Made by a program: the position numbers and the translations under genes. From the NCBI GenBank assembly GCA_965215015.1, contig OZ244042.1, forward strand, positions 1,376,001-1,440,000: a DNA stretch of 64,000 nucleotides, written 5' to 3'. Origin of the DNA: Candidatus Poribacteria bacterium (lineage in GTDB: Bacteria > Poribacteria > WGA-4E > PCPOR2b). How positions within the stretch are numbered: the first letter of the stretch is position 1; each line of letters starts with the position of its first letter. The notes below the pieces were generated by a model. It saw only the letters and a program-made list of their open reading frames with translations, did not search any database and was not told where the DNA came from. Below, one piece after another: positions 1 to 8,428 of this stretch.

Positions 1-1
1 T

Positions 2-2272
2 ACAGATTTATCAACGGAGCAACAAGTAAACTTCGACAAACCGGATGGACATCCGGATGGTTTTGTTGTGCGGGGAACAAACAGTTCTCAGCTTTCAATA
101 AAGAATGTCGGAGGTATACTGATTGGCATCCGTAATGATACCGACAGGGAGATTGGCGGGGAAGTGTGGATCAACGAGATTCATCTAAGCGATCCGCTTG
201 TGCGTTCAGGTTGGGCACGGCGCGCCAACATGAACGTTAAACTCGGCAACCTGCTCAAGGTGGACAGTGGGTATGCAAGGCAAGACAAAGATTTTGAGAA
301 TTCCGCCGGCGATACAGGGCGCCAACGTCGACACGATCTGGGATATAGCACGACTAGCAATGACTTCAATATCAATACCGAACTCAACCTCTTCTCTTGG
401 CTGCCCCTCCGCTACTCTGTCCGAGAGGAGGAAGCTGAGACAGAAAGCCGGCGTGGGTCGTTTAGCTCCTTCCAAAGTGGAAAGAGCAAAACAAAGAGTC
501 GCGATTTGTCGGCGAATTTTAACTTACGTCCATTGCCAGCGTTGGGGTTTGCACTTAATCACGAGGATTTTTGGAATGAACGTCAAGGCACAGTGATAAG
601 TGATCTCTACACGGGTTCTTTCGAGTTCGGTCTCGGCTCTTTTTTGGGGCTTAACGTTCAGTATCACCACGAGGATGTTGAGACCGATCCATTGACAGCA
701 ACAGGCACGTATAGCAGCGGCACTTCTTCATTTGGGAGCTACTATGGACGCAACCGAGATGAGAAGGTTGATAGCGGAAGCATTTCGATCGATATCAGTC
801 CGTTTGAGAGTTTTAGCCTCAATCCGCAGTATGAGATTCGCCGCACACTTGAGAAACGAGATCCTGACGCCCAGCCTGGCACAACGACAATAGCTACAGA
901 GGAGACAGAAGCACAATCTGCAATGCCGGTATTTACCATTGCGGCACGAGAACATCGACTTGCTCTGAACCCGCGTCTAAATCGTGATTTGTTAGGCATC
1001 CGTCCAACGATTAATAACCGAGTCAGCCTGAGTGAGAACTGGTTCGGTGATCGGAAAGATGCCCGAATCAGTGCGGATGTTAGGTTGGGGCTCAATGTCC
1101 GTCCACGGGCGTGGTTCGGTTGGTTATTCCGGGAACCGGAGCCTGAAGTCCCTTCCGAAGAAGGAGCTGAGCAGGAAGCGGAGAAAGAAGGACAGGCAGA
1201 AAATGAGGAACAGAGTAGTCCAACATCTAAACCGCCCTCTGAGTTTGACAGCTTTGAGGAAGAGACGCGACTTGAAGAAAACCGTCAGCAAGAACTTGAC
1301 CGGCTTGAACGTATGGGAATTGATCGAGAAATGATTGAAGAGGCGGAGAGTCAACGCGGAGACTGGATTCGTCGGGACAAGGCAGAGCTGGAACGAAAGT
1401 TGAAAGAACGGGAGAGCCGACAAGCGGAAAAGGAAGCAGGCATCATTCAGCGGAGCATCGAAAGCCTTGGGTTGAATGCGAACATCAGTCTGAATAACCA
1501 AGATTCTCTACGAGGACTGGATCCGGGCATGCGGATTGGCGACATCTTACAACTTCCAGATGAGGCAGAGGAACGCACCCAGTCGCGTCAGGGAACGCGC
1601 TACGGCTTTCGCACATCGGTCGATCCGTGGAGTTGGGCATCGCTTGGTGGCAGCGTTGACCTCAGCAATAACTTCACCAAATCATCAAGCACGTCCTATC
1701 GATCCGAATCAACACGCTATGAAGGAGATATCAAAATCTTCAACGCGAAAAACACATCGAGCCTTCAGTTAAGGTACGGCTATACGCTACAAGATCGGAG
1801 CAATATCAGTACCCAGACCGGCCAGAGTGCCGCCCATGAGCCTTCGATTAGCTGGAGTCATGCATGGGGACGGACGACCAAGACCGCGCTCGGTATTCGC
1901 CTCACGCAACGTGAGGAGGAACGGGCTGGGATTGATACTACTTCGTTCATTGTTACACCGAATGTCAGCATCGATTACCGGGTTCGGATAGAAGGCGGGC
2001 TTCGCCTTCCCTTTATCGGTAAGATTCCCCTCCAGCACGACTTAGACCTCAATAACACGCTGTCAACGGTTATCCGTCGTGAACGGTTCGGGGCGAATCG
2101 GGAGGAACGGTCTGAGCGATATGAAACGTCTCTGCGGATTGGATACAGGTTGAGCGAGCGCCTCACTGCTAATTTGAATCTCGGCTTGAGTTACAATAAC
2201 GACCGTGTCGAGGAGGGACGGGATTTTATTTCGGTAGCAAGTGCGTTGACGGTTCGTGGAGAGTTTGAGTGA
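2..2272 (+). CDS. SprA/Sov-like outer-membrane beta-barrel (T9SS translocon homolog), 5'-truncated by window edge
   Basis: Frame open from position 2 (TDLSTEQQ...FVVRGTNSSQLSIKNVGGILIGIRN...GEVWINEIHLSD...GWARRANMNVKLGNL), resembling the SprA signature VKGNP...IGIRN...GEVWxNELRL...GWA; many alternating beta-strands; ends LTVRGEFE. Confidence 0.7.
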   Translation, partial: TDLSTEQQVNFDKPDGHPDGFVVRGTNSSQLSIKNVGGILIGIRNDTDREIGGEVWINEIHLSDPLVRSGWARRANMNVKLGNLLKVDSGYARQDKDFENSAGDTGRQRRHDLGYSTTSNDFNINTELNLFSWLPLRYSVREEEAETESRRGSFSSFQSGKSKTKSRDLSANFNLRPLPALGFALNHEDFWNERQGTVISDLYTGSFEFGLGSFLGLNVQYHHEDVETDPLTATGTYSSGTSSFGSYYGRNRDEKVDSGSISIDISPFESFSLNPQYEIRRTLEKRDPDAQPGTTTIATEETEAQSAMPVFTIAAREHRLALNPRLNRDLLGIRPTINNRVSLSENWFGDRKDARISADVRLGLNVRPRAWFGWLFREPEPEVPSEEGAEQEAEKEGQAENEEQSSPTSKPPSEFDSFEEETRLEENRQQELDRLERMGIDREMIEEAESQRGDWIRRDKAELERKLKERESRQAEKEAGIIQRSIESLGLNANISLNNQDSLRGLDPGMRIGDILQLPDEAEERTQSRQGTRYGFRTSVDPWSWASLGGSVDLSNNFTKSSSTSYRSESTRYEGDIKIFNAKNTSSLQLRYGYTLQDRSNISTQTGQSAAHEPSISWSHAWGRTTKTALGIRLTQREEERAGIDTTSFIVTPNVSIDYRVRIEGGLRLPFIGKIPLQHDLDLNNTLSTVIRRERFGANREERSERYETSLRIGYRLSERLTANLNLGLSYNNDRVEEGRDFISVASALTVRGEFE

Positions 2273-3911
2273 TTATAAGGGATTGATTCGGTTTCACGTT
2301 AACAAGCTGATCGACAGTCCCGCTGGGCCAATTCACCGTAATTGAATCAATTTGGGGGGTATTCCCAATTCCAAAGATAGCTGTGAGCTCGCTCTGCGAA
2401 CAGTAGCTTGCCCCGCTTTTCAGTGTACGTGTCTGCGTACCAGATTTCGACTGTACGGTAATCTTTGCGCCGATTCCACTTCGATTGCTCATGGTCCCGA
2501 TCAGTTTTAACTTAATCCAATTGTTTCGATTCCCACCATCATTGCGATATAGATGGGCTGCCGCATTAGAAGTATTGACCAGCACATCCCAATCGCCATC
2601 ATTATCAATATCTCCATACGCTGCACCACGTCCAACAATCGGTTTTTGAAGGTCTGAGCCAACTCTGGGTGCAACATCTTCAAACTGACTGTTACCAATA
2701 TTGTGGAACAGATGGGGTGGTTGGGCATACGTCACTTCGCTCTGCACGGCGTTGATGTCGTTTTCAATGTGACCATTGGCTGCGAAAATATCGAGTTTTC
2801 CATCTAAGTCAAAATCGAAGAAGAAGCAACCAAACGTCAACGTTAGCAAGCTGGCATACCCGATGTTGGCAATGGGGGCATCATCGATAAAAAAAACGCC
2901 TTCGTTATGATAAAGATTCATCATCTCATTGGAGAAATTGCCGATCACAAGACTTTCTCGACCGCTGCCATCATAGTCTCCAGCATCAATCCCCATCGCT
3001 CCCCGCGCGACACCTCTTTCATCGTAAGCGATGCCGGCGAGCATTCCTCTTTCGATAAAGGTTCCATCCCCGTTATTCTGATAGAGCTTATTCGGTTGTG
3101 TGTCATTCGCCTCAAAGAGGTCGGGGAAGCCATCATGGTTATAATCAAATACGCAGACACCGAGCGATTTACTGGTCGGGTCTTCGATCCGGGCAATCCG
3201 GGAGACATCGGTGAACGTCCCATCTCCACGATTCCTGAACAGTTTGCTCGCCTGCCCCGGATACGATCTGGGGCCGCAGTACGATTGATTTACACCGTCC
3301 AACGTGCAGAAAAGATTCGTCTCAGGGGTCCATTCTATGTAATTGGCGACAAAGAGATCTAGGTTGCCGTCTCTATCGTAATCTAGCCATGCACAGCTTG
3401 TTCCGAAACCGGGGTTATCAATCCCCGCGGAAGTCGTTGCATCGACAAAGGTTCCATTTCCCTGATTCTGGAACAATCGATCCGCCTCCAGACAGCTGAT
3501 ATACAGATCGTCATCACCATCATTATCGTAGTCGGCAACGGCGACACCGAGCCCGTATAACTCCACGGCAAGTCCAGCAGTTTCCGTGACATCGGTGAAA
3601 GTTCCGTCTTGGTTATTTCGATAGAGACCCATTGTTTGCCGCTTTCCGGTTGAGTGCCCGTGCCAATCTTTACCGTTCACCAACAGAATGTCTTGCCATC
3701 CATCGTTGTCGTAGTCAATAAATGCACAGCCGGAAGCTATCTCCTCCGGAAGGTACTTTTCGCCGAATGCGCCGGTATTGTGGACAAAATCGATCCCTGC
3801 CTCCTTTGTAATATCGACGAATTGAGGGAGTGTTTCTGCCGTGATTGTACCCTGAGCCCAGATCAGAGATATGAAATTGAAAACCCATTTTGTTATCGAT
3901 GTTGCTTTCAT
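2226..3911 (-). CDS. CRTAC1-family protein (FG-GAP/VCBS repeats + ASPIC/UnbV domain), likely exported
   Basis: Repeated DxDxDGxxD motifs (DYDNDGWQD, DYDRDGNLD, DFDLDGKLD); C-terminal SNRSGIGAKI..SGASYCSQS..FGIG. Start placed at ATG 3911 because the ATG at 3929 lies in a MITE end. Confidence 0.88.
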   Translation of the reverse strand: MKATSITKWVFNFISLIWAQGTITAETLPQFVDITKEAGIDFVHNTGAFGEKYLPEEIASGCAFIDYDNDGWQDILLVNGKDWHGHSTGKRQTMGLYRNNQDGTFTDVTETAGLAVELYGLGVAVADYDNDGDDDLYISCLEADRLFQNQGNGTFVDATTSAGIDNPGFGTSCAWLDYDRDGNLDLFVANYIEWTPETNLFCTLDGVNQSYCGPRSYPGQASKLFRNRGDGTFTDVSRIARIEDPTSKSLGVCVFDYNHDGFPDLFEANDTQPNKLYQNNGDGTFIERGMLAGIAYDERGVARGAMGIDAGDYDGSGRESLVIGNFSNEMMNLYHNEGVFFIDDAPIANIGYASLLTLTFGCFFFDFDLDGKLDIFAANGHIENDINAVQSEVTYAQPPHLFHNIGNSQFEDVAPRVGSDLQKPIVGRGAAYGDIDNDGDWDVLVNTSNAAAHLYRNDGGNRNNWIKLKLIGTMSNRSGIGAKITVQSKSGTQTRTLKSGASYCSQSELTAIFGIGNTPQIDSITVNWPSGTVDQLVNVKPNQSLIITQTLHEPSTHLLPK

Positions 3912-3923
3912 TATTTTCGATTC

Positions 3924-4107
3924 GCTCATGTTAAGAAATCGTGAAAAGCCTCCGAGTTTTTATCAAAAATTCGGAGGCAAATACCAATCGTGTTGGACTC
4001 TGGTGTTTGGTAAATTGAAAATACCAAGTATGCTGCGCGACAGCATACCCGACACTGTTGCGCGATGTTCCGGGTATCTTTGCTCTGCGCTTTCTTTTGA
4101 CATGAAC
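3924..4107 (-). mobile_element. MITE family A copy (ends GYTCATGTYAA...TTAACATGARC)
   Basis: GCTCATGTTAAGAAATCGTG at 3924, hairpin GCCTCCGAGTTTT/AAAATTCGGAGGC, other end CTTTCTTTTGACATGAAC at 4107; matches copies at 5199, 24387, 27226. Confidence 0.7.
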
Positions 4108-4154
4108 CTTGGGGGATTTTATCGAATTTATTTTATAAAAACTGTTGATTGTAT

Positions 4155-5147
4155 TCAAGTACCCACTTTGACTTTCGTATTATGCGTCATCGCTGCCTCA
4201 ATGGCTAGACAGGTTTCAACCGTTGCAACTCCTTCAGATAGTGGGCAAGCCAGTACTGTATCTTGCAAGATGCTATCGACAAAGTTCTCCATCTCGTATG
4301 CCCATTCAGGAGAGCCGCGACCGTGTAGCGGCGTCGTTGTCAAGCGTTCCGGATTCCATTCGGCTGACTTGTGCAGATAGCCTTGAAGCACCTCTTCCTC
4401 CCACCAGCAGACGATTGTCCCCTCATGTCCATAGACAGAAAGCGACATAATGTATGGACGCACCACCGATGCACTGGTAAACACCTTGCCCATCGCACCA
4501 TTTTTGAATTTCAGGATTGCGAGTCGCGCATGTTCCGTATGATCACCCGATACTTCCTCAATATCCCCGGCAATCCAGCGTAACAGGTCTACGGAGTGAT
4601 AGGCGATGCCCAATCGCATTTGGGCGCGGGGGCTACGTCCCCACGTCAGACGACTTGGATATTCACCCGGATCTGGCTTATGTGCGTAGTTGGACGAAAG
4701 GTAGAAGACATCGCTGATGTCGCCGCCGGAGACAATCTCTTTTGCGTGTGCGAAAGTGGGCCAAGAACGGCAGATATGTCCTGTGGCAGCCTTCTGGTTT
4801 GGATATTCAAACATAGCGATGCGAAGTGCTCGGCACTCCTCTATGGTGAGACACGCAGGTGTTTCACCAAGGACGTGTTTACCCGCTTGCAAGCCCGCAA
4901 GTAGTTGTTCTGAGTGAAGGTAGTTCGGTGTGCACAGATTGAATGCGTCAATTTCGTCATCCCTCAACGCTTCATCGAACGAGCGATAGATTTTCGGAAC
5001 GCTCCATGTTTCCGCCTTCGCCTTTGAAGCGTCAGAATGTGCTACTACAGCGGTAACAGTCGCTTTCTCAGGAATCGCCTTGTAGCCGTTGAAATGGTTC
5101 GTACCTGTCCAGCCTGTACCAACTATACAGACGTTGATTTTGTCCAT
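4155..5147 (-). CDS. Gfo/Idh/MocA family oxidoreductase
   Basis: VGTGWTG Rossmann motif, CTPNYLH, GKHVLGETP (variant of EKP), HSVD; RBS AAGGAG. Confidence 0.88.
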   Translation of the reverse strand: MDKINVCIVGTGWTGTNHFNGYKAIPEKATVTAVVAHSDASKAKAETWSVPKIYRSFDEALRDDEIDAFNLCTPNYLHSEQLLAGLQAGKHVLGETPACLTIEECRALRIAMFEYPNQKAATGHICRSWPTFAHAKEIVSGGDISDVFYLSSNYAHKPDPGEYPSRLTWGRSPRAQMRLGIAYHSVDLLRWIAGDIEEVSGDHTEHARLAILKFKNGAMGKVFTSASVVRPYIMSLSVYGHEGTIVCWWEEEVLQGYLHKSAEWNPERLTTTPLHGRGSPEWAYEMENFVDSILQDTVLACPLSEGVATVETCLAIEAAMTHNTKVKVGT

Positions 5148-5198
5148 TGTTTAAATCTCCTTAGTTCTGGTAAACCCTTCCGCATATAAAAGCTGATG

Positions 5199-5291
5199 GC
5201 TCAGGTTAAAAGAAAGTACAAAACACAAAGAGTCCCCGAGTTTTTTTTTCGGAAAAACTCGGGGGCTGTTGCACGATTCCTTAACATGAAC
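5199..5291 (+). mobile_element. MITE family A copy (93 bp)
   Basis: GCTCAGGTTAAAAGAAAG ... hairpin CCCCGAGTTTTT/AAAAACTCGGGG ... CTGTTGCACGATTCCTTAACATGAAC. Confidence 0.7.
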
Positions 5292-5329
5292 CAAGCCGAT
5301 TTGTTGCTAGATTCTTTTTAAGAAAAAAA

Positions 5330-5362
5330 TTGACACTCACTTCGGAAATTCTATGATATAAT
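5330..5362 (+). promoter_or_regulatory. Near-consensus sigma-70 promoter
   Basis: TTGACA at 5330, 16 nt spacer, TATGAT; overlapping extended -10 TGaTATAAT at 5354-5362. Confidence 0.6.
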
Positions 5363-5370
5363 ACCGTCAG

Positions 5371-5431
5371 TTGCCACTATAATGAGGACGCCGGGCAGTC
5401 CCTCGGACTAGGGTCATTTAGTTTTTGGCAA
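5371..5431 (+). ncRNA. Candidate small structured RNA, family unassigned
   Basis: Outer stems TTGCCA/TGGCAA and CTA.AATGA/TCATTTAG enclose GGAC/GTCC (or AGTCC/GGACT) hairpins, directly after a strong promoter, with no ORF. Confidence 0.3.
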
Positions 5432-5459
5432 TATGTTGTCTATATGCCGGTGTTTAATA

Positions 5460-5762
5460 CAAGGGCGACGGGACTTTTCACGCCGCAGCGGTTAGACTTC
5501 CCCTGAAAAACCGGCCCCAATTTTTGAAATGCAATATGACCCCAACCCAGTCATGTCACTTGATAGACATTTTAGCAGTAGTCCCGGATGCTCGCAAGGC
5601 AAAAGGAAAGGGCACCCGGGTTGCTTCTTGCCCTCTCGGTGATTGCGATTATGTCTGGGTATCGGAGTTATAGTAACATTGCCCAATGGGGACAGACCTA
5701 TCGGCTTTGGTCAAAGGCCTCGGCTAGACCTACGCCAACTCCCGTGTGCTGCGCCGTTACAT
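5460..5762 (+). pseudogene. ISAs1-family transposase N-terminal remnant with probable left end
   Basis: From ATG 5536: MTPTQSCHLIDILAVVPDARKAKGK, frameshift, then LLLALSVIAIMSGYRSYSNIAQWGQTY and PCAAPLH, like the ISAs1 DDE-associated N-terminus (PDPR..RH.L..LL....GYRSY..IA.WG); CAAGGGCGACGGGAC at 5460 is a plausible IS end. Confidence 0.7.
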
Positions 5763-5787
5763 AAATCAGGGGAAAAACCAAAACTAA

Positions 5788-5950
5788 TAGGACTTACGTA
5801 GTTGAACGCTCAATGTCTTGTAGTTCAGCAATTCATCGCCGGAGCACATAACCTCTGATGCCCGATTCATCGGGCAACTACAACACGGGTTCCCTTAAAG
5901 CACTCGTAGGGAAAATGATCGGTGTTCCCTACTGAAGGGCGTAAGTCCTA
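5788..5950 (+). mobile_element. MITE family B copy (163 bp; TIR TAGGACTTACG...CGTAAGTCCTA)
   Basis: Perfect 11-bp terminal inverted repeats; internal hairpins GCCCGATTCATCGGGC and GTAGGGAA..TTCCCTAC; paralogous to 17061, 23921, 39847, 43761. Confidence 0.8.
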
Positions 5951-5995
5951 ATTAAATGACTCTACCCTCGGATTGCGTTTGTTGCAGCAGTTAGA

Positions 5996-6202
5996 TGAGG
6001 GGTGCTCATAATTATTGTCTGAATCGCAGATTGCACGGATACAGATATGGGGCTCAGGTGGTGGATGAGGCAAGATGCCCTACCGACAGGGTTGGCGATA
6101 TTTTGTCTCCATTCAGGTTGGGAGTTTAATGGCAGTTGGGTGTTAGCCGGGCCATGTGCCGTAACAGTTGTGGGGTTTACGGCACGCGAAGCGTGCCTAC
6201 TA
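5996..6202 (-). repeat. Dispersed ~200-bp element, inverted copy of 32761..32956
   Basis: Reverse complement TAGTAGGCACGCTTCGCGTGCCGTAAACCCCACAAC...CCAACTGCCATTAAACTCCCAACC...ATCTGCGATTCAGACAATAATTATGAGCACCCCTCA aligns to 32761..32956. Confidence 0.8.
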
Positions 6203-6416
6203 TTCTATGAGCATCAATTAGATAGGTTATTATATCGACGGACGCTATTTCAGTCAGCTTGTGCCATCGCTTAGCATTAAGGGTAGTGGAAACGTTAATG
6301 CGTGTCAAGGGTAAAAGACGTATTCAATCAAAAGAAAACAGACGGTGTTGACAGCTAATGCTCTGCATCAAAAGGACAACCATAACTTGTAACCGAATAC
6401 CGGAGGTATAAAAGCT

Positions 6417-7229
6417 ATGCCCAAACTCATTGAACCTATCATAGCGGACCCGGACAACATTGAAGACCAGATTGATTGCTTCAAAGCCCACGGCTATGTC
6501 ATCCTTCCAGAGCTACTCTCGCCCGATGAAGTCGAAACCCTCAATGATGCCATTGATCGAGATCGAGAGGCAAACCATTTCATGTGGTTTTCTGGAACAG
6601 CACCCGACTACAACTGTAATCTCCTGTTGACAGAGCCTGCTTTTGAGATGACCATCCGCCACGAAAGATTACTCCCCCTTATCGGAGAATTGATGGGCGG
6701 TCCCATCTGCTTTGAGGAACTGGCTGTGCGCCATCGTGGTAGCGAGGATGAAGGGCGTGACACAGGGTGGCACAGGGATCGCGGCTATTGGCCTGAACAT
6801 CCCCTGAATCTCGATTATCCACAGGTCATCTACTACCTGAATGATGTGAACGAGATTACTCACTGTTTCTCTATCAGTCCAGAGCCCGCCGGTGGAGAAA
6901 TCCTTGATGACAAAGAAGCACATCTTGAACGCGGTGGTATCCTCCATTTCTATGGTAGCGCAGGTTCGGCAATTCTTTTTAACTGTGCCACTTTGCACGG
7001 TGTAACACTGCGGAAAACTGATAAGGTGCGTCGCACCATTCAGGTTTATTATGGGCATCCTAACCGCCCTTCCTTGAGCGAAGTGACGCTGATGCCTCCG
7101 AGCCTGTGGCGAGATCACCCAGACCTGGAAGTTCGCCGATTCTACAGCAAGTTTAATCGATATACGAGAGTCATGATGGAGGGCCTCAGTCTGCCCGATG
7201 ATAGGGAATACTCGCTCCCACAACTGTAG
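6417..7229 (+). CDS. PhyH-family Fe(II)/2-oxoglutarate dioxygenase
   Basis: FKAHGYVILPELLSPDE, WHRD triad start, distal LHGV and RR; RBS GGAGG. Confidence 0.85.
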   Translation: MPKLIEPIIADPDNIEDQIDCFKAHGYVILPELLSPDEVETLNDAIDRDREANHFMWFSGTAPDYNCNLLLTEPAFEMTIRHERLLPLIGELMGGPICFEELAVRHRGSEDEGRDTGWHRDRGYWPEHPLNLDYPQVIYYLNDVNEITHCFSISPEPAGGEILDDKEAHLERGGILHFYGSAGSAILFNCATLHGVTLRKTDKVRRTIQVYYGHPNRPSLSEVTLMPPSLWRDHPDLEVRRFYSKFNRYTRVMMEGLSLPDDREYSLPQL

Positions 7230-7238
7230 GTGAAAATT

Positions 7239-8342
7239 ATGCAATTCAAAGAACATCTTATCGATGACGCAATCAGCAGTGTTTACGGATTGGAAGTCGC
7301 CGACATGAACGGCGATGGACAGAAAGATATTGTCATGGGTTCGACCGGTGAACCGGTCATTGTCTGGTACGAAGCACCTGGTTGGAAAAGACATCTGATT
7401 TCAGACCAACACCCTGGCAATATCACCATCGCTGCTGAGGATTTGACAGGAAATGGCGTACCGGATTTGATTGTTGGAAGCGCATTTAATCGGGGGGACC
7501 GTTCTCTCATCGAATATCTACATTGGCTCGAAGCCCCCGCGGACGGTGGACAGTGGCAAAGTCATTTCATCGAAGAAATACCATACCTTCACCGTATCGC
7601 GGTTGCTGACATCAACAGTGATGGGCAACCTCTTCTGTTCGCCGCATCAATTCAGGGACCCGAAGGTGGGTTAGATGATTGGTATGATCCAGGCAGTCTC
7701 TGGTGTTACTCACTCCCAAGCGATCCGGTCAACGGTCCTTGGGAACGTTGCTTAATTGACGGTGAGCTCCATCTCAACCATGGCCTGAGTATCGGTGATG
7801 TGGATGGGGATGGCAGGCTTGATATCCTGATTGGCTGCCGGGACGGAGTGATTTGGCTCGAACCCCCTTCGGACCCGTTATCAGGTGAGTGGAACCGTTG
7901 GGTGATTAGCGACCAAGAGAGCAGTGAGGTTTTCACGGTCGATCTGGATGGAGATGGGGTCAACGAAATTTTATCCATTGAACCGTGGCACGGGAATACG
8001 TTATCTTGGTACAAGGCCTCAGCAGACCTACGGACAGGTAAGTGGATACGACACCAGATCGATGACACTTTGAATCGTGGACACTCGTTGCACGGAATCG
8101 ATGTCGATGGCGATGGGAGGGTGGAGATTATCTCTGGATATAACGGTGAAGGCAGAAGGCTTCAACTCTATCGTCCTAAAAACCTCGATCAAAATCAGTG
8201 GACGAAAGAACTTATCGATGACGGTGGCTTGGGAGTCGGTAACATGCACGTGCTTGACTTGAATGACGACGGACGAGTGGATATCGTTGCTGGGGGGTTA
8301 AGCACGGGCAATGTCAAGTGGTACGAGAATTTGGGCGTGTAG
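7239..8342 (+). CDS. FG-GAP/VCBS repeat beta-propeller protein, no obvious signal peptide
   Basis: DMNGDGQKD, DVDGDGRLD, DLDGDGVNE, DVDGDGRVE, DLNDDGRVD and WYE motifs; AGGTG RBS before ATG 7239. Confidence 0.82.
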   Translation: MQFKEHLIDDAISSVYGLEVADMNGDGQKDIVMGSTGEPVIVWYEAPGWKRHLISDQHPGNITIAAEDLTGNGVPDLIVGSAFNRGDRSLIEYLHWLEAPADGGQWQSHFIEEIPYLHRIAVADINSDGQPLLFAASIQGPEGGLDDWYDPGSLWCYSLPSDPVNGPWERCLIDGELHLNHGLSIGDVDGDGRLDILIGCRDGVIWLEPPSDPLSGEWNRWVISDQESSEVFTVDLDGDGVNEILSIEPWHGNTLSWYKASADLRTGKWIRHQIDDTLNRGHSLHGIDVDGDGRVEIISGYNGEGRRLQLYRPKNLDQNQWTKELIDDGGLGVGNMHVLDLNDDGRVDIVAGGLSTGNVKWYENLGV

Positions 8343-8428
8343 CCTTTGGCATTAGTTCCTTCATGAACCACAATGCGCTAATGGACCAATGAACTACGCT
8401 CCCTTACAGGCAGTTGGGAACATCTATC

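Noticed and set aside
2226-2272. 47-nt convergent overlap of the SprA-like and CRTAC1 genes as a regulatory feature
   Set aside because: The CRTAC1 tail beyond the UnbV domain looks like a simple stop-codon shift; nothing supports a function
7227-7241. PhyH TAG stop in frame with the FG-GAP ORF (possible read-through or pyrrolysine fusion)
   Set aside because: TAGGTG doubles as an RBS for ATG 7239; both domains look complete; no pyl genes in the window
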